Below, one piece after another: positions 38,171 to 50,384 of a stretch of 64,000 nucleotides of DNA. The DNA is from Mobula hypostoma. Its lineage: Eukaryota. The notes under the pieces were generated by a model. The model ran no database searches, was not told where the DNA came from, and saw only the letters and a program-made list of their open reading frames with translations. The stretch spans positions 66,280,001-66,344,000 of the forward strand of contig NC_086108.1 in the NCBI RefSeq assembly GCF_963921235.1. The letters run 5' to 3'. Within the stretch, counting starts at the first letter, position 1; each line of letters starts with the position of its first letter. The translations under genes and the position numbers were made by a program.

Positions 38171-40787
38171 CTGAGACCATGGCTTCCATTACATTCTTAG
38201 ATGCTTTTCTTATCAGTCCCTCTATACCTTGACCTCACTTACGGTCTACAACTGGAAAGCCCTGAATCCCCACTTCTTTGCCCAACCTTTAATCACCAGT
38301 TATCTCTTCACCAAACATCATAATATGCTTAATTCCCTCTGCACCTCTTTAAAAAAAAAACCTGGGCAAGTCATCTCTCTTTTAAGCCCTGTCCACTGTA
38401 CTATTCCACCATCCAAAGATAGCTTGCGAAGTGAACACCTCAAACTGAATGAAATAGAAGGCAGCATTGAACTGCATGTTTCACTATCTATGATCACCAC
38501 CCAGCTGGCTATCGGGGAGGGCTTCCACTTTAAAACAAAGCAGTCCTGCTCGGGTTGGTGGTAGTGCGCGTGGTGGAGAAGCCTGCTATCTTAGCAGGCT
38601 CCTTCTTGAATGAAATGCAATCACTTCATTTTGAATACAGATCAACAATGTCCTCATGGTGGAGCAAATTGTAAGATATATTTAATACCTTGAACTTCAG
38701 CTCTCATGGAACACTTCATGTAGAGGTTCATCCGGAGATCAGCTTGACAGCCTTCCTCTAGCATTGGCAAGAGGTGGCACCTTTCAATGAGGGTGCTTTT
38801 ACTGAAGCAAAAATGACTCACCCATTGTTCTTCACTCAGGGTTAGTTGGATAGGTAATCTCACTCACCAGCAGGAGATCAGATCGCTGAATCACCAACTT
38901 CCATTTTCCTCTGCCCTCTTCCAGAAGACTATCCTGCTTGCATGACTGGTCACAATTGGTAAAATCATGACTGGCCTGAACTGAAGATGCATTTTGCTGC
39001 TGAGTGCTAATCGTACAGGATTATGAGGGGGAATTAACTGGAGGGCATGCATCCATAATAGTAGTCTTGCATGCTGATTGTATTCTGTCTGCTCTCCTTT
39101 CATTGCACATTCTATCACTGGCACAGTGTCTGGTAAATGGATAAACAGGAACCATTTTAGTAAGTGCAAAAGAGAAGTACTATTAAAAAGACAAGAGTAA
39201 TTGGTGGGATCAGTCTGTCTAAGGCTATTTATACTTTATAATATGAGATCAAGATGTTATTATTCATTGAACAGACACATACAATTCTGGTGCATTATAC
39301 TCAGAACACATCTGAGAAACATCCTGATACTGGATTGGGCTAAGCTTTCGGGCACTCATGAAGCATGAATTAAGCCCTATATATACAGTAAATGAGTGGC
39401 ATGTGAGAATAGATCAACATAGGAAAAGATTATTTCCAGGCACAATCTTTATACAGGCTCATTTCTTTGATATGATGTTCAGATGCTCAGATTTGATTAC
39501 AGAGTCTGGCTCTAATTGTATGTTTACAGAGCCCAGCACACAAGAGTTGTGAAATCTGTCGGCACCAAAATCCGCATGTGAGGTTATGTTGCTCTCAGAA
39601 GCTGAGAAGGCCTGAAACCTCAATGAAATGCAATGTGTAACAAATGCCCTGTGCTCATTTGTATCACCTGTAGTGAGTTTCACATTATTAGTTCATATTA
39701 CCCACACCTTTTCATTGTGACCAAAAGCACCTTCTCCCTCCTAAAATCAAATGACCATTACTGGAATTTGACTGGTTTCCATATTGATCACCGTTGCTCC
39801 TTCCATTGCATTTGCCATTTCTGCCATGTGGAAGCAACCATTTCACAGAGTTCAGTAGATTAAACCAAATTATATTTTGAAACTTGGCTCGTGAAATGTG
39901 AGTCTTTTTCGCTAAGCTGAGGATAAGATTTCCAGAATGTTTAAGGTTGAAGTTCTCAAACTGACTGAAACACAGAACTTGGCTTCATCTATTTATCGGT
40001 TCACTTTCTGTAAATATTGATAATTAGGAATATTTATTATCAGCAATCAGCAACTATCCATTTTTTCACATTATATTCCCTTGAAACCTATTTTAAATCA
40101 ACTCATGTTAGTTGGAAACTTTGGAAAAGTGATTAAATGTTCCAAATGCTTGCTGGTGAATATCTTTGAAATAATAATTGAAAACTTGAGGCTCATGTAT
40201 TAAACAGTGCTTAATGCACCTATTGTCTTCAATCGATAATGTTTAGAGTGTTGCAGTGTGTTGTGCATTTAATATTTCAGTAGTATTTGAGCAATATTGT
40301 AAATATTCTTTTATTAAACATTGTTTGTTTACATAATTATGGGTTATATATAAAAATGCATGAATTGCATATGTCATGATGCTGCCATGTGATAATGTTT
40401 TCAAGTTACAAAACATAACAGTGATGATGAGGAAGTTTTAAATGAACCCAAGATGACTACTTATCTGTTGAAGCGGAACAAGACCTGTGTTGTAAAATGG
40501 TGCAGCGAAATGATTGAATTTTTAAAAACATCACAGCACATGTTTCTTCAGAAAGGAAGACACGATTGAGTTAAAAAAAAGCAGAAAATGGAAGAATTCA
40601 AACATCTAAACAGCAAGTACCAGGTGATAATCAATAAGTAGAAATAGCTGCAGAATTGACGGTTTGATTGCATAACAGTTAATTGGATTTTACATGCTGA
40701 ATGGAGTGAACAGCATTTTTGAAGCAAATTAAATAGTCAGTGAGAAACAAGTACCAATATTACTGAGTGCATTGGGTTTAAAGGCAT

Positions 40788-41048
40788 ATGCACCTTCCCT
40801 AGATCAAAAAGCACACCATAGAAAGAAGGAATAGGAAAAGAAAGAGGATGATGACATAAATGCTGTGGAAATGGAAGAGGATAAACAAGACCCAATTTCT
40901 CAAGAAATTGGCAAATCCAGGAATACAGACAAGAAAGAGGGAGGTGAGAAAAAGAAAATCAAGAAGTTGAAAAGGAGAGAGAGAGGAGGAAGCTGGGACT
41001 GGGTGTGAAGCAAGGATAGAAACAGATCCAGAGAAAAAAAGCTGAGAA
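40788..41048 (+). pseudogene. RBM25: Processed (intronless) fragment of RNA-binding motif protein 25 mRNA, decayed
   Basis: Translates APSLDQKAHHRKKE*EKKEDDDINAVEMEEDKQDPISQEIGKSRNTDKK / EKENQEVEKERERR / SKDRNRSREK, versus recalled RBM25 NAPSQESDSHPRKKKKEKKED...EDINAIEMEEDKRDLISREISKFRDTHKK...EKERQEIEKERRER...NKDRSRSREK. Confidence 0.85.
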
Positions 41049-41091
41049 AAAAAAGTGACCAGAGCCATTTCCTGTAGTTTCAAACTCAACT

Positions 41092-44000
41092 GTGGGAAGA
41101 TTTGGTGTAGTGGTAATTACCACTGAATCAGGAATCCAGAGAACCAATTATACACTGGGGACATAAATTTGAATCCCACCATGGCAGATGAATTTGAATT
41201 CAATAAAAATATCTGATGACCACAAAATCATGTTTATTGCCGTAAAAAAAAACATCCGGTTTACTAACGCCCTTCAGAGGAGGAATCCTGCTGTCCTTAC
41301 CTGGCCTGGCGTATATGTGACTCCAGACCCACAGCAATGTGGTTGACTCTTAATGCCCTCTGAAATGGCCTAACAAGCCATTCAGTTTTATCCAACCACT
41401 AAAAAGAAAATAATAAGGAATAAATCCAGATGAATAACCCGGCATTGACCTAGGCACTGGAATCGACAATGGCAAAACCAGCCCTGTTTACCCTGCAAGG
41501 TCCTTCTTACTAACATCTGGGGACTTGTGCCAAAGTTGGGAGAGCAATCCCACAGACAAGCCAAGCAATAGCCTGACATAGTTGTACTGACAGAATCATA
41601 CATTACTGTTAACATTCCAGACTTCATCATTATTCCTGGGTATGTACTGTCATGCCGGCAGGACAGATCTAACAGAGGTGGTGGCACAGTGGTATACAGT
41701 AGAGAGGGAGTTACCCTGGCAACTCTCAACATCAACTCTGGACCCCATGAAGTCTCATGGCACCAGGTTAAACTTAGGCAAGGAATCCTCCTGCTCGTTA
41801 CCACGTAACGCCCTCCCTCAGCTGATGAATCAGTACTCCTCCATGTTGAGCAGCACTTGGAGGAGGATTGAGGATGGCAATGAACAGAATGTACTCTGAT
41901 TGGGGGACATCAATGTCCATCACCAGGAGTGGCTCAGTAATACCACCACAGACCGAGCTGGTCAGGTCCTACTGGACATAGCCACTAGTTTGGGACTACA
42001 GCAGGTGGTGAGGGAGCCAACAAGAGGAAAAAAAAACACACCTGCCCTCATCTCACCAACCTGCCAGCCACGGAAGCATCTGTCCATGACAGCATTGGTA
42101 GAAGTGACCACCGCACAGTATTTATGGGGACTAAATTCCATCTCCACATTGAAGAAACCCTCCACCGCATTGTGCGGCACTACCACCATGCCAAATGGGA
42201 TAGACTTTGAACAGATCTAGCAGCTCAAGACTGAGCATCTATGAGGTGCTGCGGGCTATCAGCAGCAGAATTGTATTCAACTACAATCTGTAACCTCATG
42301 GCCCAGTATATCCTCCACTCTAACATTACCACCAGGCCAGGGGATCAACCCTGGTTCAATGAAGAGTGCAGGAGGGCATGCCAAGAACGACACCAGGCTT
42401 ATATGAGGTGTCTCCATGGTGAAGCCACAATACAGGACTACTTGCATGCCAAGCACTATAAGCAGCAAGTAATAGACAGAGCCAACGCATCAGATCCAAG
42501 CTCTGTAGACTTGCCACATCCAGCTGTGAATGGTGGTGGACAATGAAACAACTCACTGGAGGAGGCGGCGGCGGCTCCACAAATATCCCCATCCTCAATG
42601 ATAGAAGAGACCAGCACACCTGTGTAAAAGATGAGGCTAAGGAATTTGCAAAAATCATCAGTCAGAAGTGACGAGTAGATGATCAAGCTCGGCTCCTCCA
42701 GAAGTCTCCAGCAATCCAGATGTCAGTATGCAGCCAATCTAATTCACTCCACATGATATCATGAAATGGCTGAAAGCATTAGATACTACAAAGGCTATGG
42801 GCCCAGACAAAATCCCAGCAATAGTCCTGAAGATTTGTGCTCCCAGAACTTGCCACGCCACTAGCCAAGCTGTTTCAGTATAGCTACAACACCAGCATCT
42901 ATCCAGCAATGAGGAAAGTTGCCCAGATACATCCTGTACACAAGAAACAACCCAGCCAATTACCACTATCAACCAGCTCTCAATCATCAAAGTAATGGAA
43001 GGGGTCATCAACAGTGCTATCATACAGCACCTACTCGGCAATAACCTGCTTACTGATGCCTAGTTTGGGTTCTGTCAAGGCTACTCAGCTTCTGACCTCA
43101 TCATCTCCTTGGTCCAAACATGGAACAAAAAGCTAAATTCCAGAGGTGAGGTGGGAGTGATAGCCCTCGACATCAAGGCAGCATTTGAACAAGTATGGTA
43201 TCAAGGTTCCCAAGCTAAAATGGAGTCAATGGGAATTAGGGGGGGAAACCCTCTGCAGTTGGAATCATACCTGACGCAAAGGAAGATGGCTTTGGTGGTT
43301 GCAGGTCCATTATCTCATCCACAGGACATCACTGCAGGAGTTCCTCAGGGAAGTGTCCTAGGATCAACCATCTTCAGCTGCTTCATCAATGACCTTCCTT
43401 CCGTCATAAGGTCAGAAGTGGGGATGTTCACAGATGTCTGCACAATGTTCTGCACCATTCGTGACTCCTCAGACAGTGAAGCAGTTTATAACCAAATGCA
43501 GCAGGACCTGAACAATATTCAGTCTTGGGCTGAGAAGTGGCAAGGAATATTCGAGCCAAGCAAGTGCCAGGCAATGACCATCTCCGACAAGGCTCTAACC
43601 ATCATCTCTTGACATTCAGTAGTATTGCCATCACTGAATCCCCTACTATCAACATCTTGGGGATTACCATTGACAGAAAACCGAACTGGTCTAGTCATAT
43701 AAAAACCGTGGCTACCAGAGAAGATCAAAGGCTAGGACTCTTACAGCATGTAACTCAACCCCTGACTCTTCAAAGCCTGTCCACCATCGACAAGGCAGTA
43801 ATGGAATACTTGCCGCTTGCCTGGATGAATGCCGCTCCATCAACACTTTAGAAGTTTGACACCATCCAGTACAAGGCAGCCCACTTGATTGGTTCCCCTT
43901 CCACAAACATCCAATCCCTTCACCATCGATGGACAGCTGCAACAGTGTGTATTGCAGCAACATACCAAAGTTCCTAAGGCAGCACCTTCCAGGCCACGAC

Positions 44001-44300
44001 CACTATCATCTGGAAGGACAAGAACAGAAGATACTTGGGAACACCACCACTTGAAATCCCCCTCTAAGTGACTCATCATGCTGACTTGAAAACATAATCG
44101 CCATTCCTTCATTATTGCTCAGTCAAAGTCATGGAATTCCCTCCCTAACAGCACTGTAGGTGTACGTATCTACATCTCAGGGACTGCAGCGGTTCAAGGA
44201 GGCAGCTCATCATCACCTTCTCAAGGGCAACTAGCGGTGGGCAATAAACATTGGCTTAGCTGATGATGCCCACATCCCATAAATGAATAAATAAAATAAA
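41092..44300 (+). mobile_element. Apparently full-length CR1/L2-group LINE without ORF1, with a tRNA-like 5' head; decayed APE + RT
   Basis: A-box-like TGGTGTAGTGG (41103), B-box-like atttgaatccc (41167); APE from ~41500 (TNIWGL, GDINVHH); RT (ALDIKAAFE, AGVPQGSVLG..IFSCFINDL); A-rich tail. Confidence 0.88.
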
Positions 44301-44725
44301 AATTCCTACAACCACCACTGAGGAAGCCTGAGATTGTTTCACAGCCACAAGTCTCACCTGCCAAGCAGGATGATCCCCCTTGCCAGGAAAGATGTTATCA
44401 CGCAAGAGTGAGAAAGCCTCCACAATGATTAAATCCTTAAGCCTGAATGGGAAAACTTAAAATTTACTATGCTGTGGATGTCTGTATGGTATTTTTATTA
44501 TATAGTATATCGTGTATGTAGACAAAATGCATCCTGTATTGAGTTGGAGTTCATAGCTAAGCAGAGAGAAGTATGTGTGTGTATTTAACATTTTAATAGT
44601 ATTTGAGTAAAATTTTAAATATGTTGTATGATTAAGCATTCTTGTTTGTTTATGTAATTCATTACAGGTTATATGTAAAAATAAGTAAATTGCATACATT
44701 TTGACGCTACCACGTGATAAGTGTG

Positions 44726-45272
44726 CGTCTATTTCCTGAGGAGACTGAGGTCCTTTAACATCTGCCGGACGATGCTGAGGATGTTCTACGAGTCTGTGGT
44801 GGCCAGTGCGATCATGTTTGCTATTGTGTGCTGGGGCAGCAGGCTGAGGATAGCAGACACCAACAGAATCAACAAACTCATTCGTAAGGCCAGTGATGTT
44901 GTGGGGATGGAACTGGACTCTCTGACGGTGGTGTCTGAAAAGAGGATGCTAAGTTGCATGCCATCTTGGTCAATGTCTCCCATCCACTACATAATGTACT
45001 GGGTGGGCACAGGAGTACATTCAGCCAGAGACTCATTCCACCGAGATGCAGCACTGAGCGTCATAAGAAGTCATTCCTGTCTGCAGCCATCAAACTTTAC
45101 AACTCTTCCCTCAGAGGGTCAGACATCCTGAGCCAATAGGCTGGTCCTGGACTTATTTCATAATTTACATATTACTATTTAACTATTTATGGTTCTATTA
45201 CTATTTATTATTTATGGAGCAACTGTAACGAAAACCAATTTCCCCCAGGATTAATAAAGAATGACTATGACT
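44726..45272 (+). mobile_element. Rex1/Babar LINE 3' fragment inserted in the Gypsy 3' LTR
   Basis: YFLRRLRSFNICRTMLRMFYESVVAS; (ATGACT)n tail. Confidence 0.92.
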
Positions 45273-46541
45273 CACTTAAAATAAGACATAGTTCGATTTG
45301 CATCTCTCATTTCCTTGTTTTTCTTCCAATTAATTTAATGTTTTAAAGTGATAAAACACAACTCATGGGCAGTACAGATTTATGACATGTGATAACAATG
45401 CTGTTTCAAGTTTTGCTTTTGAACTGATTGGCTTGCAGTACCTTGTGTAAGAAAGCAACATTCTGCCCTGCTGTACTCTCCATAATAGAGCGTTTCACCT
45501 TTTTACTTAAAGATTTAAGCAATTCTTGTATGCCTGTATTTATCTTTTCTGTTGGTATCAACAAGGATTTTAAGTTCAGTTCATTTAATATTATGTCGTA
45601 TTATAGAGACATAGCTCTATAACATTGTGTTTTCTCCTTTGATTGCTCACTCTAACAAGTCAATCAGGCTCTGAAACACTAGAAGACAGCCAGAGGGAAA
45701 ACCAATCACACATCTTCCTCTGGTTTATCCTTGCCAAATGAAGGCTGGGCATGTCTCCTGCTCCACACTGTATAGTACCACATATTGCTGACACAACTTG
45801 TAGTGCAACTTGTGGCCCACACTGAGGAATTATTCTTAATCACTTCAGCTTAGTCCATGGGAGTGAGGTGCTGCCAAGTTACGGCAATTGTAGAGTCATC
45901 CCACTAATGCAATGATTTAGCTAGCCTGCTTTTCAAAAACACATCTCATGCCAGTAGCTGCCACACCATGAATAAGTCCTACCAGCAGGCTGGGTGCAGT
46001 GATATAATTAAAATCTAATGTAAATATACCAAGGAACATTGCGTTAATATTTTTCCTTTTTATTTTATCAAAGTGTAGTAGTCTAAGTGGAATCCATAGT
46101 TCATAATGCAAAAGCCTTGCATCAGCTGAAGTTGCAAAATTCTTCAAGTACTCTCAGCTAGTAGGGGTTTTAGAATGTACATTTAACATTCAATATCAAT
46201 AATTATTCACCCTTTCTGATGTACTGTATCATTAACATCAAATGTGTATTTGATTGGTCATATGCAGGAAATCCCAGATGGAAGGCAAAGCTCAAACTAA
46301 ACCTTCTGTTTAGTTGGTCTGTTTGGACAGTACTTCTGCAAGTTACATTTTTAGACACATTGGTGCAAGATTAGTTGATGTAGTGCACCTCACAATATGC
46401 AACACAGGTACTGCACACAACAGGTAGATATTTTCCAGAATCCTTTATCCTGTTATATCTTGTTATAAGCATATGCTGAGTACAGTAGAGTAATGATAGT
46501 TGTCTGTTTGTAACCTCAATGAATGATTGAGATTAATAATA

Positions 46542-47138
46542 CTAGGGGTGATTGATAAGTTCATGGCCTAAGGTAGGAGGAGTCAATTTTAGAAAATCTC
46601 GCAGTTATTTTTCAACATAGTTCCCTCCTACATTTACACACTTAGTCCAGCGGTTGTGGAGCATACGGATCTTGGACCTCCAGAAAGTGTCCACAGCAGG
46701 GGTGATTGATAAGTTCATGGCCTGAAGTCGAAGGAGATGAGTTATACAGCTCTTGTTACATGCACGTGCAGTTCAACTCAGTGATTATGCAGAAAGTTTG
46801 AAGTTAGTAACTCATCTCCTTCTACATTAGGTCACAAACCCCTGATGCTTTATTAACTGATGAGTTATTAACTTCAAACTTCTTGCATAATCACTCAAAG
46901 AGTTGACCTGCATGTGCATGCAACGAGAGCTGTATAACTCATCTCCTTCTACCTTAGGCACCAAACCTATCAATCACCCATCTGTGGACACTTTTTAGAG
47001 GTCCAAGATCCATATGCTCCACGACTGCTGGACTAAGTGTGTAAATGTAGAAAAGGACTATGTTGAAAAATAAATGTGGTAGGTTTTCTAAAATTGACTC
47101 CTTCTACCTTAGGCCATGAACTTATCAATCACCCCTCG
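46542..47138. mobile_element. Mariner-derived palindromic MITE with TA TSD
   Basis: TA|c(t/g)aggggtgattgataagttcatggcctaaggtag ... ctaccttaggccatgaacttatcaatcacccctcg|TA; arms 46542-46816 and 46859-47138; transposase C-terminus WTKCVNVEKDYVEK* at 47029-47073. Confidence 0.92.
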
Positions 47139-50100
47139 TATGTCGTGAAACTAAAACATTTTAAAATTTGAGATAAAGTAAAAGAGCAATAGAGAATTAA
47201 ATGATTTACACAAAGAATATGAAAAAGGAATGGAGTAAGATAAAGAATGAGAATATTATGCTGAAAACAAAATGATGAAAATAAAAATTTAAAGTTTATT
47301 TTAAATTTAATACCTACACAAGAAACCCAGAAAGTTAAATTACTTCTCCTCTTTACCAAACAATTTATTTGGCATTAAGATATCACATTTATAATTCTAT
47401 TAATAGGTGTTTATACTTAGTGCATTAAAGTTTTGTGCAAAATTCTGTAAAAATTCATAAACAAATCTGGCAAGTTCTTGAAGAACCTGTTGGTAAAATT
47501 GTTGTCTGAGTAAAAAAAAAAGTCATTTATTGACAATATAACATCATAACTTACCTATATCTGAAATTATAGTTAATTTGTGTGATAGTAATTACATGCA
47601 TCATTATTTTTCCATTAAGATAAAGTAAAAGTCCACTTTAAATAATAGTTATGACAATCTGGATAATTATCGAGTTAAAATATTTCTCTGGAAACCATGT
47701 TGCAGGATGCAAAATTGCTCCATGTGTTCAAATATGGGATATTTGTTGCAGTAATTACTTCATATTAACTTTGTGATCTATAGAGGGGTCTGTTCTATGT
47801 TCTGTAGCTTCAGAGGAATCGATGTGTACAAGGACAAAATATGCCACATCTAAGCACATTGTCAGAAGGCGTAAAATTTGGAAATTTTCTGCAATTGACA
47901 AAGTGGCAGTTTGAACTACTTCAGAGGAAACAGGCATCAGAAATATATGTAAATGAAGTAGTTTTGAAAGCTACCCAACAGTAACAAACATCTCCCTGGA
48001 TCCTGCAGAAGAGTTTACCTTACATGTTTGGAGGTCTTTCAACCAGGGTGGCTGAATATGTAATAAAGCTATCGGAAATTTTGTTGCAAATGCACAAATA
48101 TTAATCTACAGCCGCTTCCTCTGCCTTTAAATATGAATGGTTATTTTTGTTTCTCTCCATAAATTGCCTGTGGTCACAAGGGCATGCACTGTGTCAGTAT
48201 TTCAAGCGTCTGGATCAAACAAAAACGGCCTTGTGAGCTCAAAGTGGAGACAAATAAATGGCTATTACCTCAGATTTTGCCTGAAGTCAAAACCATTTCT
48301 GTCAACAACGTTAACTTTGTTCAATGTGAAGGAAGCAGAGGGACTCTTAGGTGATTCAAAAAAAAAAAATCCATTTTGATTGTAAGAATGAGGAAAGGCA
48401 GAGGTTACAGGAAATAGTAGACATTTTTGTGCTGAATTAAGCCATTTAGGGTGACAAGAGCAAGGCAAGCAAAAACCAAAAGTAGGAAACAGTTGGACAT
48501 ATTTAGGTCAGCAGCAGTGGCAAGTGGAGGAACTGAAACCAATTAATGTAGAAACATGTCACACTCTTTTCATGACCACCATACAGGTTCCCACAATTCT
48601 CTGTTATACCATAACACCAGATGACTACAGGAACTTCTCTGCTTTCTCTTTCCCTTCCCCACATAATTTCTACTGCAAGATGATTTATCACAGACTCAAT
48701 TTCTGAATTTCACTTAAACCTTGAAACACAAACTTTCCATCTTTCTTCATGTTCATTAGCACCTCTCCTCTTGGAAAAAGTTACTTCTGTTTTACTGCAC
48801 ATTCATCTCTTATTCAGAAGAAAAAAAAATTCTCAATCTATACTCATCAGAAAACCACCCATTACTAAACCTTCAATTTCCGAATGGAAGTCAAGACAAG
48901 AAAATTAAACAGTACGGTTTCTGTTTTATTTAAACATCCCAAGGTGATTGCTAAGGCCCTCCACTAAAAACACAAATAGTCCTCCATATATGTGATGCCT
49001 ACTTTGTGCCAAAGCCAATTCCTGAAAAAGAAAATACCCAAATAAAATCAAATTAGATGGCAATGTAGTGGACAGTGGCAAGCTTTCCTTTGATACCTTA
49101 CACATTGCAAAATGATTAAAATCAAATCTGGTGTAACGTTACCCCGACACTCATTGATTCCCTTTGAACTTTATTCTTATAGAGCAATATATTAGTGAGG
49201 TAACAATATTATAAAGAATGAGCAAATATTTTGGCAGTAAGCATTATAATGCTTTTCCCTCTCTGCATTCCATTTCAAAAGAAAAAAACACGAAGTATTT
49301 ACCGTTACACGTAATTAAAAAGTCTGAAGTGTGCTTCAAAGAAATATTATTTTTATTTCTTGAATCCCAACTATCAGAAGTTTCAAGGACATAATTAATA
49401 TAAACATTTATTTTTAAAAAGCCGGAAGTCAGGTTTTAGCAAGCAGTGACAAACATGGGTCATTCATGATGAGCCTTATGAGAGTTTTCTGCACTAGCAG
49501 ACCAGGGCGAGCAGGAGCATGGCTGGTCAGGAGTGTAACCAAAAACCCACACAGCTGTTTTCATTTTCCTTCTTGAAATGTACTGTCTGTGTGGTACTTC
49601 AGAGAGAATTATGAGGCTGCTGTGTAGCTCAGGCGAGTAATGTCTTTGCTGTCGTAATGACAACGGCTGCAGCAGATAGATGTCAGCAAGGAAAGAAACC
49701 ATATCTCAAAAGCAAAATATAGTGTGCAGTCAATACCACTCACAACAAGATAGCTGCTGGTGCTTAATATGACCTGCATGCTCTCCTAGCACATTTTATC
49801 TTGTGAAAGAGCAGAGTTATTGAGGGGAACTTTAATTTGGCAACCTGTAGGTCATTCGGGCTTCAGACCCTTGCTTCCTTTAAACATGGCAGGCAAGCTA
49901 TGGTAGTAGCAGGGAGGAGTGCCAGATATTTGACCAGCTGGGAGGGAATAGGTGAAGATGGGAATAGCTGAACAGGGAGCCATTGGTGGAGTGAGAGGTT
50001 TGTTTAGAGGCAGTGGTGAATGCAGTGGCTAAATGGGTAGCTGCAGAGGAGGGGGGAGCTTGGTTGTGTATTGGCTGTGATGGAGCAGAAGCTATGTTCA

Positions 50101-50384
50101 AGAGTAGTGGTGTGGCATGGTTTGGAGCTGTAGATTGGAGAGGCTGTGGAGCATGTGAGGTGAGGCTGTAAGAAGGGGTGAGACTGTGTTGTGCTGCTAG
50201 GGAGATTGTGTTGTCATGATGAACGGAGTTGTGATGGTGATGGACAGCTGATTGGGGTGGGGGGTGAAGATGACTATTTTTGGGTTTGGTGAAGTGAGGC
50301 TCCGTGGATGAAATGGGATGAGAATCTGTTGGTGGGGTGGTGTTGGGGAGGGGCTATGTTGATTGGATAACATTGATGATGCTC

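Larger units (their letters stand above)
40259..45363 (+). mobile_element. Internally deleted Gypsy LTR element (5' LTR 40259-40420, PBS-like 40421-40432, gag start to 40789, pol 3' end ~41044-41091 and 44301-44440, PPT 44559-44571, 3' LTR 44572-45363) carrying a captured host fragment and two nested LINEs
   Basis: Leader and gag align with 8097-8458 (EKQVPILLSALGLKAY vs EMRVPVLLSALCGKAY); 41044-41091 aligns with 11596-11652; both LTRs match 7940-8096 and 25055-25276. Confidence 0.85.

Noticed and set aside
11660..44301. Idea that the Gypsy ending at 11660 and the 3' end at 44301 are one element split by 32 kb
   Set aside because: The 44301 piece joins directly to 41044-41091 and has its own 5' LTR at 40259.
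47545..47575. Possible 6-nt minus-strand microexon (ttcag|ATATAG|gtaagt)
   Set aside because: No polypyrimidine tract and no host gene evidence in the window.
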